64,000 bases of DNA from Octopus sinensis (taxonomy: Eukaryota), in the NCBI RefSeq assembly GCF_006345805.1, contig NC_043014.1, forward strand, positions 8,680,001 to 8,744,000. The letters run 5' to 3'. This document shows positions 61,145-64,000 of this stretch, one piece after another. The notes under the pieces were generated by a model. It did no database searches. It was not told where the DNA came from and saw only the letters and a program-made list of their open reading frames with translations. Position 1 is the first letter of the stretch. Every line of letters starts with the position of its first letter. The position numbers and the translations under genes are program-made.

Positions 61145-63506
61145 TATAAGAGAAAGAAGCAACAAGAATGGATAGGTTTTTAGTACGATCGTTTCATACA
61201 AGGACAGGTTTTTATTAAAAGGTTCAAAGATTACAGCATATAAACGAGTCCCGTACTCATCAGCTAAAATACATGTGAGTTCTCTAGACATCCTAGTGTT
61301 TGAGGCTATACTCATGAAGTAATGTAGATAATAAGTAACATAAACAGATTTCTAAAGTTCATAAAGTTCATTAAAGATGATGTACAGTCTTATCACAGAA
61401 TTTTAAAAAAGTTTTGATAGCATCACAGATTTCCATAGATATGATGGGGATTATATACTCACAGAAGACAAATTTATCCATTGTTAATTACAACGAGGTG
61501 GGTCTCATTCCTGCTTATTAGCATTACAGAGAGGGTGAATTAATCCTTTGTATGATGCACAAATTCCAATGGTGTAGATGTAATTTCCAGAGAAATGGAG
61601 ATGAATTTCATATTCACAGGCGATAAATTTTTCAATGGTTGAACACAATGAGGTAGGTATCAATCCTTGTTAATGATTAGGTATTTGCCACATTAATCAC
61701 ATTACTGCTATTCACAAGAGGCTGTAGCTATTTAACTCTTAAAGGCTGAAGGGCTTTCTAGAGCGGCCAAGAATAGAGAAGGGAATGGAAGAAAGAGAGA
61801 AAATATGGAGGAGGGAGCAAAAAGGGGGGGGAAGGGGACTAAAAGAGAAGAGAAAAGGAAACAAGAATAAGAAGAAGAAAAGAAAAAAGAGAAAAGAGAA
61901 AGAAATAGGGAGAGAAGGGAAAAAAAGAAAAAGAAAAAAGAGGGTTCTAGTTATACAGAAGAGTTAGTAGACTGCAAGTTGGTTTTAATCAACAGGCATC
62001 TAGGAACTAGAGGAGAATATTATTCTTTGACCAGTAAACCGTTAATTTTGGCTGTTGTGAATCAGCTATGATTTTAAAGAGAATCTAAAGAGATAACACT
62101 CAGGGGTTAGTGGGTCAGATGCTAAAATCACACCAGAAAATACATTAGGAAAACTAAGTATAATCTTATCAAAAGTCATTAAAATTTACTTATTTAATTT
62201 ATTCATTTTATTGTCTTAGGAGTTGTCGTTATTATTCATACATTGACTGACTACAGGTCAAATCTTATATAAATATGATTATCTTCATTATGATAGACAA
62301 TCCCCTAACACCTTGTAAATTGATCTTATAAGATTTGACCTGTAGTCAGTCAATGTATGAATAATAACGACAACTCCTTAAGACAATAAAATGAATAAAT
62401 TAAATAAGTAATTTTTAATGACTTTTTGATAAGATTATACTTAGATTTTCCTAATGTTCTTTCTGGTGTTTTAGCATCTGACCCCTTAACCCCTGACTGT
62501 GTTATCTCTTTAGATTCTCTTTAAACTCATAGCGATTTCAACAGCAATAAATAACGGTTTACTGGTCAAAGAATAATATTCTCCTCTAGTTCCTAGATGC
62601 CTGTTGATTAAAACCAGACTTGCAGTCTACTAACTCTTCTGTAGAACTAGAACCTCTTTTTTTTCTTTGTCTTTTTTTTTTTCCCTTCTCTCCCTATTTC
62701 TTTTTCTCTTTCTCTTTTTTCTTTTTTCTTTTTCTTCTTCTTATTCTCTGTTTCCTTTCTCTTCTCTTTTAGTCCCCCCTTCCCCCCCCCCTTTTTGCTC
62801 CCTCCTCCATTATTTTCTCTCTCTTTTCTTCTATTCCCTCTCTATTCTTGGCCGCTCTAGAAAGCCCTTCAGCCTTTAAGAGTTAAATAGCTACAGCCTC
62901 TTGTGAATAGCAGTAATGTGATTAATGTGGCAAATACCTAATCATATAACAAGGATTGATACTACCTCATTGTGTTCAACCATTGAAAAATTTATCGCCT
63001 GTGAATATGAAATTCATCTCCATTTCTCTGGAAATTTACATCTACACCATTGGGAATTTGTGCATCTATACAAAGGATTAATTCACCCTCTCTGTAATCT
63101 AATAAGCAGGAAATGAGACCCACCTCGTTGTAATTAACAATGGATAATTTGTCTTCTGTGAGTATATAATCCCTCATCATATCTATGGAATGCATATGGA
63201 TTAGGTCACCTTCTCTGTGATGCTATCAAAACTTTTTTAAAATTCTGTGATAGACTGTACATCATCTTTAATGAACTTTAATGAACTTTAGAAATCTGTT
63301 TATGTTACTTATTTATCTACATTACTTCATGAGTATAGCCTCACCTAGGATGTCAATAGGAAACTAGAGCACTCACTGTATTTTAGCTGATGAGTACGGG
63401 ACTCGTTATATGCTGTAATCTTTGCAACTTTTAATAAAAAACCTGTCCTGTATTAAACGATCGTACTAAAAACCTATCCATTCTTGTTGCTTCTTTCTCG
63501 CTTATA
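61145..63506. repeat. ~2.36-kb inverted repeat (arms 61145-62269 and 62327-63506, 57-bp spacer)
   Basis: Arms are reverse complements throughout, for example GGTCAAATCTTATA / TATAAGATTTGACC at the centre, with scattered indels. Confidence 0.92.
61178..61269 (-). ncRNA. Type I hammerhead motif with extended stem II at the outer end of the 2.4-kb palindrome
   Basis: uuuuag CUGAUGA guac...guau GAAA cgaucg UA cuaaaa. The mirror copy at 63381-63471 (+) reads UAAA instead of GAAA. Confidence 0.78.
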
Positions 63507-63690
63507 TATATATAATATATATTAATATATATATATATATATATTATGAATTAGAAAAAAAACACCTTTTAGCAAATCAATAATGAAAAATAAATTATAC
63601 CATCTAGAAAATTACATATAATAGAAACATTAAATATAGAATAAAACAACGATGACTAAGTAATATGCAAAATAATAAATAAAACGTATA

Positions 63691-63752
63691 TATTTGGCGT
63701 GGAGGTGAGATTGGACACGCCAGTAAGAATTTTAAGGCAGATTCCTGGGGCA
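63691..63752 (-). pseudogene. 62-bp duplicated fragment of the Cas SH3 exon
   Basis: Matches 59933-59994 at 57/62 nt (APGICLKILTGVSNLTSTPN vs APGNRLKILTGMSNLASTPN). Flanked by TA repeats, with no obvious splice sites. Confidence 0.85.
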
Positions 63753-64000
63753 TATATATATATACACACACATACATATATACATACTGGTATACACAAA
63801 TACATATAATTATATACATATAGGCATACATATATATACACATATATACACTATACACACACACACACACATACATATATATAGAGAGTGAGAGCTACAT
63901 AAAACCATGAATTTATAGAATTGTATAGAAACAGTATATATATATGTATATATGTGTAAATGCAGGAGTGGCAGTGTGGTGAGAAACATACTTCCCAACC

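Noticed and set aside
62925-63116. Short ORF in the palindrome arm faintly resembling a GIY-YIG C-terminus
   Set aside because: Too degenerate to call by eye and needs an HMM search.

Overview
Repeat-rich, AT-rich animal genomic DNA. The SINE and microsatellite content suggests an octopus, but this is an inference. The only credible host gene is a minus-strand Cas-family adaptor (BCAR1/p130Cas-like). It has an SH3 exon at 59853-60143 and one 2.57-kb terminal coding exon at 43057-45627; the start exon was not found. The rest is tRNA-derived SINEs, (TA)n/(TACA)n microsatellites, decayed mariner and hAT transposons, two non-autonomous Helitrons, a LINE 3' end and a 100-N gap. The main unexpected result, read by eye, is about 40 minimal type I hammerhead ribozyme motifs from several distinct short element families, mostly inserted in (TA)n tracts. 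They have palindromic stem III and covarying stems. They occur as tandem (73, 305, 356, 512 bp periods) and fold-back arrangements typical of Penelope-like elements and retrozymes. One locus is an array of about 17 x 73 bp with one hammerhead motif per unit. No folding or database search was run, so ribozyme activity is untested.
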